Assembly: GCF_964188315.1 (NCBI RefSeq)
Contig: NC_135667.1
Span: 9,796,001 to 9,860,000 of the forward strand
Length of the DNA: 64,000 nt
Direction: 5' to 3'
Source: Podarcis muralis
Lineage: Eukaryota
Below are positions 25,378 to 38,155 of the stretch, piece after piece (position 1 is the stretch's first letter; every line of letters begins with the position of its first letter). A program made the position numbers and the translations under genes. The notes under the pieces were generated by a model. The model was not told the DNA's origin, did not search any database, and saw only the letters and a list, made by a program, of their open reading frames with translations.

Positions 25378-25830
25378 TGTCAGGAGTTCAGCCTACACTC
25401 GAGTAGGACCCTGGCAGAGACACATGCCCAACTGGCATGTTCCCTCCCTCCTGGTTGATCATTTGGGAGCTTCATAAGCTTTCTTCAGCCTAAACATCAC
25501 AGCGACCGATGCCAACCGACATTGGCACACTTAAGGATCCGCAGAGTTTGCGCATTTCGCGTGACAGACCTCAGCAACTCAGCGTTTTGGCTAATCTACT
25601 TTATTTACATATAAACACACACGGAGCACTGCAGCATAGCTCCCGCTCTCTCTAGCGCCAGACAGCAAAGAGAGAGAAAAAAAGAACAAAGGACAATAGC
25701 CCCACTTCACGGAACACAGTAACATAAACATCCTGTCTCCGTCACTTCCCACTCTGTGGAGTCAAAACATATAATGTCACATGAAAGACAACAATCCCAT
25801 GACTGCAATCATGGAGCAGGAATTCTAACG
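25378..25830 (-). mobile_element. Solo LTR, 453 bp
   Basis: Exact 5-bp TSD GATTC (25373-77, 25831-35); AATAAA on minus strand near 25600; second copy at window start. Confidence 0.92.
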
Positions 25831-26009
25831 GATTCATCTTATTTTTATATATTTCTTCTGTTAATGTCTATTTCACTTCTGGCCTGGATAAGGATTATAA
25901 AACTGAATGCAGTGGGGCATAGAAGGCCTGGTTATGACAATATTCATGGAATCACGTCATATTGTACAAGCTCAGTATATGTAAGTGAAGCTTAGGTAGG
26001 CAACCTACA

Positions 26010-26461
26010 TGTCAGCTACGCTCCTTCGCTGACAGGGAATGAGGAATATAACATAGAGAGAGAGCAGCTAGGAATGTAATGTGTGTGGGGGGGGGGGAGA
26101 ATCCGCAGAGAGCAGCAGTAACGATCTCTGAGCACAGAGATACCGGAAGGGAGAGCCAGAGTGAAAGAATGCAGCTTGTCAGCTCAGACATGGACTCGGA
26201 CACAAGAACACCAGCAGTGCTCTCTCCAAAATCTCATAGGGTCATGAGACTTTACGAGAAGTGCGAAAAGGAAAGGAAGAGAAGGTGGGGGTTTTCCTAT
26301 TGGGTGAAAAGGGGGCAGAGCTTAGTTCCTGCAACTGTGCCATCGGATGATGCCAAAGCCTAGCTGAGCTCTGACCCAGGGTTTGTTATTTGATTAATAA
26401 ATCTGAAATAATGAACTGCCAGAGTCGTCTTGCGTGTGTGGGAGAGACCCAAGCCATTACA
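26010..26461 (+). mobile_element. Solo LTR, 452 bp
   Basis: TGTCAG...TTACA ends, exact TSD CTACA (26005-09, 26462-66), AATAAA near 26395. Confidence 0.9.
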
Positions 26462-28074
26462 CTACATGTCATTTGCAGAACATTAGAGCATGTGATGGAT
26501 TCGGCCAAAGTTCCATCTAATCCAACCAGGTGCCTATGGGAAGCCCTCCTGAGCAATTTTCATACAACTTACAATAAGTCTGTTGCTCTTTAGAGAAGCA
26601 ATATGCATGTCCCTTGTGTATCCTAACAAGCAAAGAGTGAATACCTCTTGCATCATGTGTTTAGGAACACGAACCAGCACCTAGAGATTGCTTCAGTCTT
26701 CACCCCTGCAGCAAAATATTACTAAGGTAACTAGTTTGTGCAGAAAGAAAGCAAGTAATCCTCCACAAAGCGTTAAGGATGTGGCATGTTCATGGGTTGT
26801 GAAAACAGGGAGTGGGAGCCTAAGGTCCATTTACTTAGTTAGCAGGAGAACATTGCCACCATCACAACTGATGGTTTACTCTTCACCATCATAACTCGCA
26901 GGTTCCAACAACTTGGTTTGCATTTGTGAAAATAAGAGTATAGTCTCTCCTCCCTAATTTGATTTTACTGGTAATTGGTGAGTATTTCACTACAACCTCA
27001 TGTTTTGGCAGTGCAAGAAGTGTTGCGAAGTATTGCAAAAAATTAAAAAGGGAACTGATTGTACATGCATGCATATTTACAACATCATTTAGATTAGATC
27101 ATGTATGGAATTGATTATGATGAGCCTTTGGATGGTGACCTAGAGGGGCCTGCACTAATTCATTGGTCTGCTGGGGATGGAACATCAACTTTTAATATTT
27201 CCAGGACACCCCCCCCCCCCATGTGCAATGAAAATCTTCTGCTTTGGATTCCAGGTAAGGGAAACCTGTTTTTCTCCAGATGTTGCTACACTCCAACTGC
27301 CGCCAGCATGGCCAATAGTCATGAAAGATTGCAGCGGGAGTCTTAACGTTATCGAGAAAGTCACAGGTTCCCCATCCCTAATCCATACCATTCTAAATAG
27401 CCTGAGAGCAAAGTATCTGAAGGACTGTCACATTCTATATGAGAGAGACTGTTCTGAAATATATGGTATATAAATAAATTCTGAATGGCATGATACAAAA
27501 CAAAAACAATCTGCATCTTTAGCTGGAAGAATAAATGAGAACAGAAACTGATTAAGGCTTTATGGTACATTTATGTGCTTGCCGGATATAATGGGAGTTG
27601 TAGTCCAAAAAATCTGGAGGACACCACATTAGTGAAGGCTAGTTTACATGGTAGTTATGAGTCCTTTTGGACAGAGACAGCAGATCATTGACTACCAGAT
27701 ATGGGGTGGGTGGAGGGAAAGACACAACAGAGAACAGCCATCAGCTTGCCTGTGGCTGACAACCAACAGAGGTGGATTCAGGGGAGCACAGCCAGTTCAT
27801 CCACATTGGATGCTGAGCTGAGAGGATGGCACAGAGGGCACCACAGCAATAACTTATAATGAAGGCCAGAGGTGGTGGGGTGCCAAATTTTGGCATCACA
27901 CAGGGTGCTGCTGAAATTTGAAAGCCCAAAGTCCATTACTGCAACCCCTGAGATGATCCAATACTTCATGATATTAGTGGCAATGCAAGAATCAAAACTG
28001 AACAACTTGCCCTTATTTTAAATGGTCAGTATTGAAATGATTGGTGTCCCTTTACTTACAGAGATGTGCCTAAA

Positions 28075-29052
28075 ATGAGGAACAACACCATAGTGAGAGA
28101 ATTAATACTCTTGGGCTTGACGAGCAACCATGAACTTGAAATTATCCTTTTCCTACTGCTAATGGGGATATACCTTTTGACAATAATGGGAAACATACTG
28201 ATTATTGTAATAACACTGGTAAATCAACAGCTCTACACCCCAATGTATTTCTTCCTACGACATGTTGCATTTGTGGAGATTGGGTATACCAGTACCATTG
28301 TTCCTAAAGCTTTGGCCAACATAGCCATTGGCCAGAAGACTATCTCTCTAGCTGGTTGCTTCACACAGTCCTTTCTGTACTTTGTCCTGGGAACCACAGA
28401 GTTCCTTCTGCTGGCGGCAATGTCCATTGACAGGTATGTGGCCATCTGCAACCCTCTTCGCTACTCTACCATCATGAACAATCGGATCTGCTCATTGCTA
28501 GTGCTCTGGTCTTGGGCTGCGGCATTGTTGCTGATCATCGTTCCTGCAGTTGTATTATTTCGGATGCCTTTTTGCGGCCCAAACACCATCAACCATTTTT
28601 TCTGTGACAATGGACCACTGATGAAACTTGCATGTGCCGACACAAGTCTGCTGGAGCTCCTCAGTTTCCTCATTGCTGTGCTTTCTCTCCTTGGGACCTT
28701 AGCCATAAACATTGTGTCCTACATCAATATTATCTGCACCATCATGCGCATCCCGTCAACCGCAGGGAGGCAAAAGGCTTTCTCCACTTGTGCTTCTCAC
28801 TTCACTGTGGTCTCCATCACTTATGGCAGTTGTATTTTTATGTACATAAAACCAAGAGGGACCAGTGAATTAGGCTTCAGGAAAGGGGTGGCTGTTCTAA
28901 ACACTGTTGTCTCTCCTCTTCTGATCCCATTCATATACTGCCTGAGGAATAAACAGGTTCAAGATGCTTTGAGAGCAACAATTAGACAGCTTGTTTCATT
29001 CTGGAAGGGTGATTCAGGTATATCAGAGCAAAAAAATAATACTAAACAGTAA
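28075..29052 (+). CDS. Olfactory receptor, OR6C-like ('OR5'), 325 aa
   Basis: Intact ORF starting MRNNTIVREL; TM7 reads PLLIPFIY; ttacag acceptor at 28060-28061. Confidence 0.96.
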   Translation: MRNNTIVRELILLGLTSNHELEIILFLLLMGIYLLTIMGNILIIVITLVNQQLYTPMYFFLRHVAFVEIGYTSTIVPKALANIAIGQKTISLAGCFTQSFLYFVLGTTEFLLLAAMSIDRYVAICNPLRYSTIMNNRICSLLVLWSWAAALLLIIVPAVVLFRMPFCGPNTINHFFCDNGPLMKLACADTSLLELLSFLIAVLSLLGTLAINIVSYINIICTIMRIPSTAGRQKAFSTCASHFTVVSITYGSCIFMYIKPRGTSELGFRKGVAVLNTVVSPLLIPFIYCLRNKQVQDALRATIRQLVSFWKGDSGISEQKNNTKQ

Positions 29053-29754
29053 ATATTGATACATATGGTTGCTGAAGCTGTACTTAGAAACTAACTTTCT
29101 TTTGTCAACTTCTAGGAACTCAATGTCATTTATATTCTGGTAATGTATTGTGGGATAACCAGCTTCATATAAGCAACATGCTTAAGTTTAATTAATGCAT
29201 GAAAGGGTTAATGCCATGGTGTAAACTGCCCTGCCAGTCTTAGTTCCCTCCACCTCACACAGGCCTACTGTTGTACTTCAGTCAACCAGAGAAGTATAGT
29301 GGTGAAAGAGGTCTGAACTAGTTTCTCCAAGTTCAGACTGTGTGGCTCTTACGAGACATTCTTGTGTTCCTACACCAATTATTTAAGAAACTTCACCACT
29401 GTAACTAAGCCAAGTTTTACTGCCTGTGCTACATTTTTTTGAATGCTGTATGGAAAAGCACATGAACGTGACCTTTGGAAAGTTTGTAAGTAAACCATTT
29501 CTTTATCTTACCAGACGCAGGGTCTTTTTCTATCATAATGGAAGAGGGAAATTTTGGAAGGAACTCACAAGGGCATATTTTAAAGGTCTAATGGCCTATA
29601 TTTCTACTCTTTACTTTGCTGCACAGTTTGCGATTTTAAATCTCTGCTGCGGTTCTCTCACCAAAGAGTACTTGCCCCAAATCTGGATATTGGCATTGAA
29701 GGAATTCTCCTTTTAATACCATATTTTTTTCCTTGCCACCAACATGTATGTGGG

Positions 29755-29756
<2 letters not shown>

Positions 29757-29833
<77 letters not shown>
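29757..29833. repeat. (GT)n(GA)n microsatellite
   Basis: Seen directly. Confidence 0.98.
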
Positions 29834-29834
<1 letters not shown>

Positions 29835-30661
29835 ACTGATTCACTAACACTGTATTCAGGAAATGTGAGACATTTTCAAGAAAAGAGCAAATACAGATAA
29901 TCTGGACACAGAACTCCCCACTAGCCTACATTCCAAAACAGGAATTCAGGAAGTTGTGGTATGAAGTTTGTAAGGAGTGTGGTTTAGTAGTTAAGAGTAT
30001 TGGACTGGGACTGGATAGCTCAGGCTTAGATCTGCACTCAACTTGTAAGATCCCTGTGTGACCCTTAGGCCAGTCAATCTTTCTTAGCCTTACCTACTTC
30101 ACAGACTTCTTGCGAGGATAAAGTGTGGAGGAGAATCAACATATATCGCCTTGAGCTCCATGAAGAAAGACAGAAAATGCATACATACATAGTTACATAT
30201 GTGTATACATAATTCGTAGGCGTGAGACAGTGGACACTTTTTGGGGTTTGATGCTGTGTGGGAAAAGTGATACTTGAACGGTCTCTTGACCGAAACATAC
30301 TGATGCGTCTTTGCTTGCAGAAGGCTTATTGATTTTGAGGAATATTTCATCAAAGGGGAGGAGAAGGTAATTCCTGCTCTTTCCTTCTCTCTACATTGTC
30401 CCATACTTCCCTTCAAGTCTGCTCTAGAAGGTTGGAAGACCCTGTGGAACAGCATGAGACATGATGTTGGGAGCTAGAAGAGAAACACGATACAGTATTT
30501 GCTGAAAAACACCTTCCCTAAGTTGAAGGACAACACAGAAAACAAGGCTGACTATTTGTTCAATTGTTATGAATGGAGCATTTGTTAGAAATGTCTGTTC
30601 AGTCACCTGAGGGCACTGTGCTGAGGGCACACAAAGTTTTGTCCTTCAACACCTCACCATT

Positions 30662-31172
30662 TGTCAGGCTTTGGGGACTCGGCTTCCTCCCCGCTTTGGC
30701 TGGAGATAAGCAGAACAAAGCAAAAAGAGTTGCGTACCATTTAAAGAGTCTTGAATGATCACAGCAAAAGAACAAAGCAGCCATTCTCAGAATGATGGTG
30801 TTCCCAATTAAGGTTTCCACCCACTTCCTCTCTAGTCACTTCACCGCCTTGCAACCTGATCTCGCAACCGCTTTGCTTTCTCGGCTGCCACCTTATCTGC
30901 TCGCTGTGATCTTGGGCTGGGCAGATGTGGGCTTTCAAGTGAGAGAGTCAGATAACTCTCTCTCTCTCCCAGTTCTTCTTCTCCTAGCTGTTCACCACCA
31001 CCACCCCCAGTTCGTCCCAACTTTTGTCTTCAGAACTATGCCCCTCTGCAAACCACTGCTTCAAATCTATACTGCTCCACTGCTCCTGGGCAGCTTCACA
31101 GTCCTGGTCAGGAGTAGGGGGCGGCTCCCACCTTCCTCATCAGAGCAGTATTCCTCAGCCTGGTCTCTGACA
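30662..31172 (-). mobile_element. Solo LTR, 511 bp (family of 39308 and 40444)
   Basis: TGTCAG...CTGACA ends; TSD ccatt/tcatt (4 of 5); homologous to 39308-39839 in reverse orientation. Confidence 0.87.
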
Positions 31173-32626
31173 TCATTGCTCCCTGCTGCTCACCATCCTT
31201 GCATGAAGTGGCCCTCTCATTCCAGCACTGTCCATTGGTCCATTGGCCAAATCAAACAAAATTAACAAAGCATCCCAACAAAAAAATTGCATTCCTTAGA
31301 TAGCCAACTGATACCACCCCAATAGTATGTCAGTTCTGTGTGATGTAGAAATTAGGTCTTTAGTGTGGTGACACTACTCTCTCCCATTTCATGCCTGACA
31401 GGGACCACCTGTGTTGTCTTCAAAGCACCAACTGATGACCTTCTTTTTCAAGGCATTTAAGTGGAGATTTTTACCATCCCTGGCTGTATCTACATTGAAT
31501 TTGAAATTGTCTCTATATATGGCGTTTAAAAAAATGTTTTACATACAAAACTGTTGTAATTGTTTTATCATCAGTGCTTTTATTATAAAATATATTCTAG
31601 ATATTTTATAGGCAGTGATTCATGAATAGGGGTAAAATAAACTAAATGAATCCCAGCTTTGAAGTAAAACAGTCCCTGCCTCCCACATCCCCGTACACAA
31701 AGTGAATTCTCTAGTGAATTTAGTTATGGTATTCACCAATTAACCTCAATGGGAATAGTTACAAGAGCAAAGGAGGAAAAACTTTGGCAAGCATGATGAT
31801 GTCATTCTTATTGAACCAAGAAAGATGATCATTATTTATACAGGCACGAGAAGCAGCTTGAAAGATTTATCTCTCCTTCTTTTCCCCACCCCAGTCCCCA
31901 CAAATTTTCCTCTCGCCGCTCTTTCCTTCTTTCTCTGTGTTCCACTGGCCTGAATGGGACACTGCTGTGGGCAGCTTGAGGAAGAAACAAGTCTAGAGTG
32001 AGAGACCTGGAACTGTTATCATTGTGGAACTTTTGTGGGTGAGGTGAGAGTTTGTTTCGACCCTGGGTGAAAACCTGGGGGCTGAGAGTTGTATTAATGT
32101 AACATTTTTATATGTAACTGTATATTTTTGTAATATTTTGTTTAAGTTGTCTGTGGTTGCTTGAGATTTTTGTACACTGTTTAGAGATATTTTTAATATA
32201 TTAAGTGGAGAATAAATTAAATAATCAACCAATCTTCAGCTAGTGGGTCAGTACCCACTAATAGATCATGACCTGTTCCAAGGTGGATTGCAACAGGAGA
32301 AAATATATGGCAAATATTAAGAAATAGGTCCATAAATGTATATTTGCCTTAAAAGCAGATCCGGGATCTGTAAAGACTGAAGGTCAATGTGTTGACTATT
32401 TGAGAAAGATATAAATGTTTAACTTAACATACACTGATTAATTCCTCCCATTGTTTCATTTTCCAAATTGCTTTATTCTTGGTTGCTCATATTTCAGCAT
32501 TTCCTACAGATTGCTGTCAATGCTGCCTTTAGACATTATAACAATGGCTGGAGACATCTTGAGTTTTCCATTACCAATTGGATTTCTTTTCTTTTCTAGA
32601 AAACCTTCCCTACAAATGAATGATGA

Positions 32627-33586
32627 ATGCCTACAATGGAAAACAAGTCTACCATAGTTGCTGAATTCATCCTTGTGGGCTTCACCAGTGTCCGGTGGCT
32701 ACAACTTCTCCTGTTCGTACTTCTCCTCATCATCTACTTCATGACCATTGGTGGGAACGTCCTCATCATCTCCATCACCTTGCTTGACCATCGTCTCCAG
32801 ACCCCCATGTATTTCTTCCTCAGAAATTTCTCTCTCTTGGAAATTGGTTTCACCTCTTCCACCATCCCCAAGGTTTTGCTCAACCTGGCCTTTGATGACA
32901 AAACCATTTCTGTTGCAGGCTGTTTCACTCAGTCCTTTTTCTATTTCATACTGGGGACCACTGAATTCTTCCTCTTGGCTACTATGTCCTTTGACAGATA
33001 CGTGGCCATCTGTAATCCACTTCGCTATACAACCATCATGAACAGTTGTCTCTGTACCCACTTAGTGTTGGGTTCTTGGATATTCAGTTTCCTATACCTT
33101 ATTGTTCCTCTTATTTTGTTGTTCCGTTTACCCTTCTGTGGCCCAAATGTCATCAATCACTTCTTCTGTGATAATCTGCCATTGGTAAAGCTTGCTTGCA
33201 CTGATACTCAGTCCCTAGAATTGCTTGATTTTCTCCTGGCCACTTTCAGTGTCCTGGGAACTTTAACTGTGACCATAGTTTCATACATTAAGATTATTTC
33301 TACTATTATGTACATCCCTTCAAAGGCAGGGCGGCAGAAAGCCTTCTCAACCTGTGCCTCCCACCTTCTGGTTGTCTTCATCACCTATGGAAGCTGCATT
33401 TTTATGTATGTCAAACCAAGGCAGAGTGGGGGACTGGACCTCAGCAGAACGGTGGGTGTTCTGAACAATGTGGTGTCTCCGCTACTCAACCCGTTCATCT
33501 ACAGCTTGAGGAACAAGCAGGTCAAGGAGGCCCTGAAAGATGTCATTGGTCAGAGAATTAAGTTTCCTGGGATTTTCAAGCACTGA
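32627..33586 (+). CDS. Olfactory receptor, OR6C-like but more distant ('OR6'); start at 32627 or 32636
   Basis: [55 protein letters not shown]; ttttctag acceptor at 32598-32599. Confidence 0.96.
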   Translation: MPTMENKSTIVAEFILVGFTSVRWLQLLLFVLLLIIYFMTIGGNVLIISITLLDHRLQTPMYFFLRNFSLLEIGFTSSTIPKVLLNLAFDDKTISVAGCFTQSFFYFILGTTEFFLLATMSFDRYVAICNPLRYTTIMNSCLCTHLVLGSWIFSFLYLIVPLILLFRLPFCGPNVINHFFCDNLPLVKLACTDTQSLELLDFLLATFSVLGTLTVTIVSYIKIISTIMYIPSKAGRQKAFSTCASHLLVVFITYGSCIFMYVKPRQSGGLDLSRTVGVLNNVVSPLLNPFIYSLRNKQVKEALKDVIGQRIKFPGIFKH

Positions 33587-34189
33587 TGATTTGAAATGGG
33601 ACTGTAGAAAGGTTTTAGAAACATGGGAGGGTGTATTGTACTGAGAGAGACCTTAGGTGCATCTGGCCCTGTATTTTCTATACTGATGGGTAGAGACTTG
33701 CCAAGGGTTCAGACAGAGGACATTCCTAATCCTATCTGGAGATGCAAGGGATTGAACCAGTGACCTTTTGTGTGCTCAGTCGAATACATGCTACCCCCAC
33801 ACAAAAGGTGGATGTTCTGCCCAGACAAACACTGTTATTGTTTTGCTAATGGTGATCCTTCCTTTTCCTCTTTCTGCTCCTTCTATTCACTCCCCTCTGA
33901 ATCAAACAGCAACAGTGTTCATTACATAGTATCAGTGATTAAAACAATTTAGGTAAAGAGCATCCAGGTTCAGGTTTGAATTTGTTACCAGCAGAATGAA
34001 TTCTCATTGTTTCCTAATGGCATTCAGTTCAACTGATATTCTGGCAACAAACGCAAAGGCATTCAGTGTGAATGGTTGGCAAAAAACTTGAAAACTGCTG
34101 AGATAATAAAATAAAAAGGAGGGTAAAAGAAGGAAGAAAGCAAAGTTTTGGGAGAAAATAGTTTTCTTTTGTTAGTTACTGCCAATATA

Positions 34190-34811
34190 CAGTGGTACCT
34201 CGGTTTGCCTACGTCTTGGTTTGCATACGTTTTGGATTACAAACACGTCAAACCCGGAAGTGCGTGTCCGGGTTTGCAACCTCTTTTTTTTTTATTACAA
34301 CCCATTTTTATTTTTATTTTTGGACTACGAACAATTTTGGGGGGAGGCCTCATTGGCGAAAGCGCACCTTGGGTTACAACCTGTTTTGGTTTACAAACGG
34401 ACCTCCGGTGGAAGAAGAATGGAAGTTCAAGGATTATCTCAAGAATTGCTATAATATTTATGAGTGCTAAAATGCCAAGGGTAGTAACAAAAATAGAATC
34501 ACAGCTGTAAATGATGGGGTAAGATGGAGAAAGGATAATAAAAGTTACTAAAACGATAATTGAAGTGAGAAGTTGCTGAAAAAACTTAAATATTCAGAAT
34601 GCAGAAAAGGGGGGTACGGGGAAGTCATTGAAACGAGGTTTAAGAAAAGGATGCTATGAAATTATACATGTTTGTATGTGTATGTTTGTTTGTTGTTATT
34701 GTTTATTGTGTTGTTTATACCCCTTTGTTGAAAAATTAATAAAAATTATTTTAAAAAAAAATACAAACGGACCTCCGGAACGGATTATGGCTGTAAACCA
34801 AGGTACCACTG
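34190..34811. mobile_element. Tigger-like MITE containing the L1 insertion
   Basis: TA-flanked CAGTGGTACC terminal inverted repeats. Confidence 0.9.
34408..34761 (+). mobile_element. L1-like 3' end inserted in a Tigger-like MITE
   Basis: 16-bp TSD TACAAACGGACCTCCG (34392-407, 34762-77); VEEEWKFKDYLKNCYNIYEC*; poly(A). Confidence 0.9.
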
Positions 34812-35844
34812 TATATGTAATTTTCATGTAAACCAATGAAGATTTTAAGTTGTATGAGTAACATCTCACATAATACAATTCACTCTAGGCTTTGCACACA
34901 TTGTTTTCCAGCAAGCTAATACAAAGATTAAAACTACAAAATGAAAAAGCAACAAAATAAGCACACACCAAAAGACTCCTAAAAGGAACAGATCATAAAC
35001 TATCAAGGAGGTAAGTAAAGGTTGAGCACTATATTACATATTGGTTTGCATCTACAAAAATAATACGATGAAATACCTAAAAAGAACTTGCCAATGCACA
35101 TGGAATGCACATCCAGAACCTATGACCCTTACAGACTAATATGTTACAAAATTAGCTTTATTCATCAGTTGTACAGTAGGTTTCCTGCTCCTCAGAGAAT
35201 TAGAACAAACGTCTCTTGTGTAGCCTACCTAGTAAAGACCCAATATCTCTTATGCTTTGTGGTTAGGGATGTCAGCATGAACCACTATGTCTGAGAGGCT
35301 GATTCCATGTTCAGTCCTGATGCAAAGAGATGTAGAAATACATACAGTCATGCTGATAAGCTTATATGAAGCAAGGAAGCAAAGAATATTCAGGAAGGCA
35401 TAGTCAACTGAGAAAAATGGGAAATGGGAAACCTATGTGTTCTAAACCAGGAGTAAATCCCCTATAATACCGAGCCTTGCTCTGTTAGAGTGTGCAGTTT
35501 TTAGCCTTTACCTTTGCTTGGGAAGCAAGCAGGAAATCAGCTTCAGCACAACTGAGTCTTGCATTTAAGATCCTTTAACAGCTGCAGCTTGCAAGTTCTA
35601 GGCACTCATCTACCATCTGCAGAAATCAGAGTCTAGGCACCATTCTGCAGAGGACCAAGGAGAATATGCTGAAGCCCTCTGGTGAGTGTGGATTGTAAGT
35701 GGTGAGTACTTTGCAGAGAACTCGTATCCGGATGGTGAATGGCTGTGTTATAAACAATATAACACTGCAACTCTCTTCTAACAACTTCTCCTTCTCTCTG
35801 TAAGATGCGCAGCTTGGGGCTAGGTTTCTGAGAGTTACATCTGA

Positions 35845-35845
<1 letters not shown>

Positions 35846-35895
<50 letters not shown>

Positions 35896-36465
35896 CCTCA
35901 GCTTACAACATAATAAAAACATCAATCCTTAAAAAGTTCCCTAAACAGGGCTGCCTTTTAGAAGAACAGATAGTTGTTTATTTCCTCGACATCTGATGGG
36001 AGGGCGTTCCACAAGGAGGGCGCCCCTATCGAGAAGGCCCTCTGTCTGGTTCCCTATAACCTGGCAGTAAGGGAACTGCCAGAAGGCCCTCAGCACTGGA
36101 CCTCAGTGTCTAGGCTGAACGATGGGGGTGGAGACACTCCTTCAGGTATACTGGGCCAAGGCTGTTTAGGGCTTTAAAGGTCAGCACCAACACTTTGAAT
36201 TGTGCTTGGAAATGTACTGGGAGTCAGTGAAGATCCTTTAGAACAGGTGTTATATGGTCCTGGCAGCCACTCCCAGTCACCTTCAAAGGTAGCCCTACAT
36301 ACAGCACATTGCAGTAGTCCAAGTGGAAGATAACCAGAGCATGTACCACTCTGGCAAGACAGTCTGCGGGCACGAAGGGTCTCAGCCTGCGAACCAAATG
36401 GAACTGGTAAACAGCTGCCCTGGACATAGAATTGACCTGTGTCTCCATGGACAGCTATGAGTCCA
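35846..36465 (-). mobile_element. L2 LINE 3' fragment with (AAT)n tail
   Basis: LVRRLRP...HALVIFHLDYCNVLYVGLP (L2-type RT C-terminus). Confidence 0.85.
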
Positions 36466-36644
36466 AAATTACTCCCAGGCTACACACCTGGTCTTTCAAG
36501 GGCACAGTTCAGGACCAGGGAGTCCTCCACACTCACCCACCCCCTGTCCCCCAAGAACAGTACTTCTGTCTTGTCAGAATTCAACCTCAATCTATTAGCT
36601 GCCATCCATCCGCCAACCGCATCAGCTACAACAGATAGTAAGTA

Positions 36645-36887
36645 CAGTGGTACCTCGGGTTAAGTACTTAATTCGTTCCGGAGGTCCATTCTTAACCTGA
36701 AACTGTTCTTAACCTGAAGCACCACTTTAGCTCATGGGGCCTCCTGCAGCCGCCATGCCGACAGAGCCTGATTTCTGTTCTTATCCTGAAGCAAAGTTCT
36801 TAACCTTGAAGCACTATTTTTGGGTTAGCGGAGTATGTAACCTGAAGCATATGTAACCTGATGTGTATGTAACCTGAGGTACCACTG
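36645..36887. mobile_element. Tigger-like MITE
   Basis: TA-flanked CAGTGGTACCTC terminal inverted repeats. Confidence 0.92.
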
Positions 36888-37731
36888 TAACTGTATATAT
36901 TTCCCACTGCTATCATTACCAATCAAAAGGCAAGTGTGTATGATAAAATAATTTATTGAGATACAAATATTAAAAGATCTGATGACTGATTAGTGTTACA
37001 GAAGTGTATGCTTCTAGTTTTACAGTGTCTTATTGGTTACATACAGCACAGTGACTAATAACAATGCTGGGCCTCCTTTATTAAACTAACTTTGCCACCA
37101 CCCAAACACTCTCCCAATATCTCACTGCAATTACCACACAATTGTTTCTCTGAACTGTCTCCCATTATTCACACTCCCTTTCAAATTCTTATCCAAGCAC
37201 CACTCACTTCCCACATTCCAAGCAGACGCTCTTCCTCTCCCAACCAAACTCATACCCCAATTCATATATTATTGTTACCTACACATTTACTACTTAGTAG
37301 TTTACCATAGTTTCTGTAATATTATTACATAGCCGCACCATATTATTTACATAAATTCCAGATTTACAGTGCCCACATTTCTTCCTCCTTCCTCAAACAA
37401 TTCAGCTGTGCTTGAAGAATCCATGCCAAAATAATTCATATTGAACTGCTGAAAAATGGGGACCTCATAACTTTACACTGGCACCAAAATTCACTGATAC
37501 ATGGAGACAACCAAAAATTTAGAGACAAACAACTGAGGGTCACAGTCCTCAGACATCTGGTTTGCCACTGTGGGAGAAAAAATATGATGGATTGCTTAGT
37601 GTCGCGAGGGAGCTGACAGGCAACACACTTAGCAAACAGTCAAGAGAAACCAGGCATGCAGCAAGCTTCTTCTTCAGTTCATATATTAGTATCAAGCAGA
37701 AACGCATGGAGTCTACTCCCTCCCTACTCCT

Positions 37732-37970
37732 CCAGTGTGGTGTAGTGGTTAAGAGTGGTAGTCACGTAATCTGGGGAACCGGGTTCGCGTCTCCGCTCCT
37801 CCACATGCAGCTGCTGGGTGACCTTGGGCCAGTCACACTTCTTTGAAGTCTCTCAGCCCCACTCACCTCACAGAGTGTTTGTTGTGTTGGAGGAAGGGAA
37901 AGGAGATTGTTAGCCACTTTGAGACTCCTGAAGGAGGAGTGAAAGGCGGGATATCAAATTCAAACTCTTC
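37732..37970 (+). mobile_element. Squam1-type SINE
   Basis: Near-identical to the 9323 copy. Confidence 0.88.
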
Positions 37971-38155
37971 CTCATCCAGCCAGTCCCTGACACATAGAGA
38001 CCTTGATTGGTTTCAGCAAGTCCATTCTTAAATATATGAGGAATTACTGTATTGATTTAATGGGAGTGAATCAACACTAAATGACTTCTGCTTTTGGAGA
38101 GGCCAGCCTTATTGACTCATTTTCCTTCACTTTGTTTTCAGAGAAGTGCCCAGAA

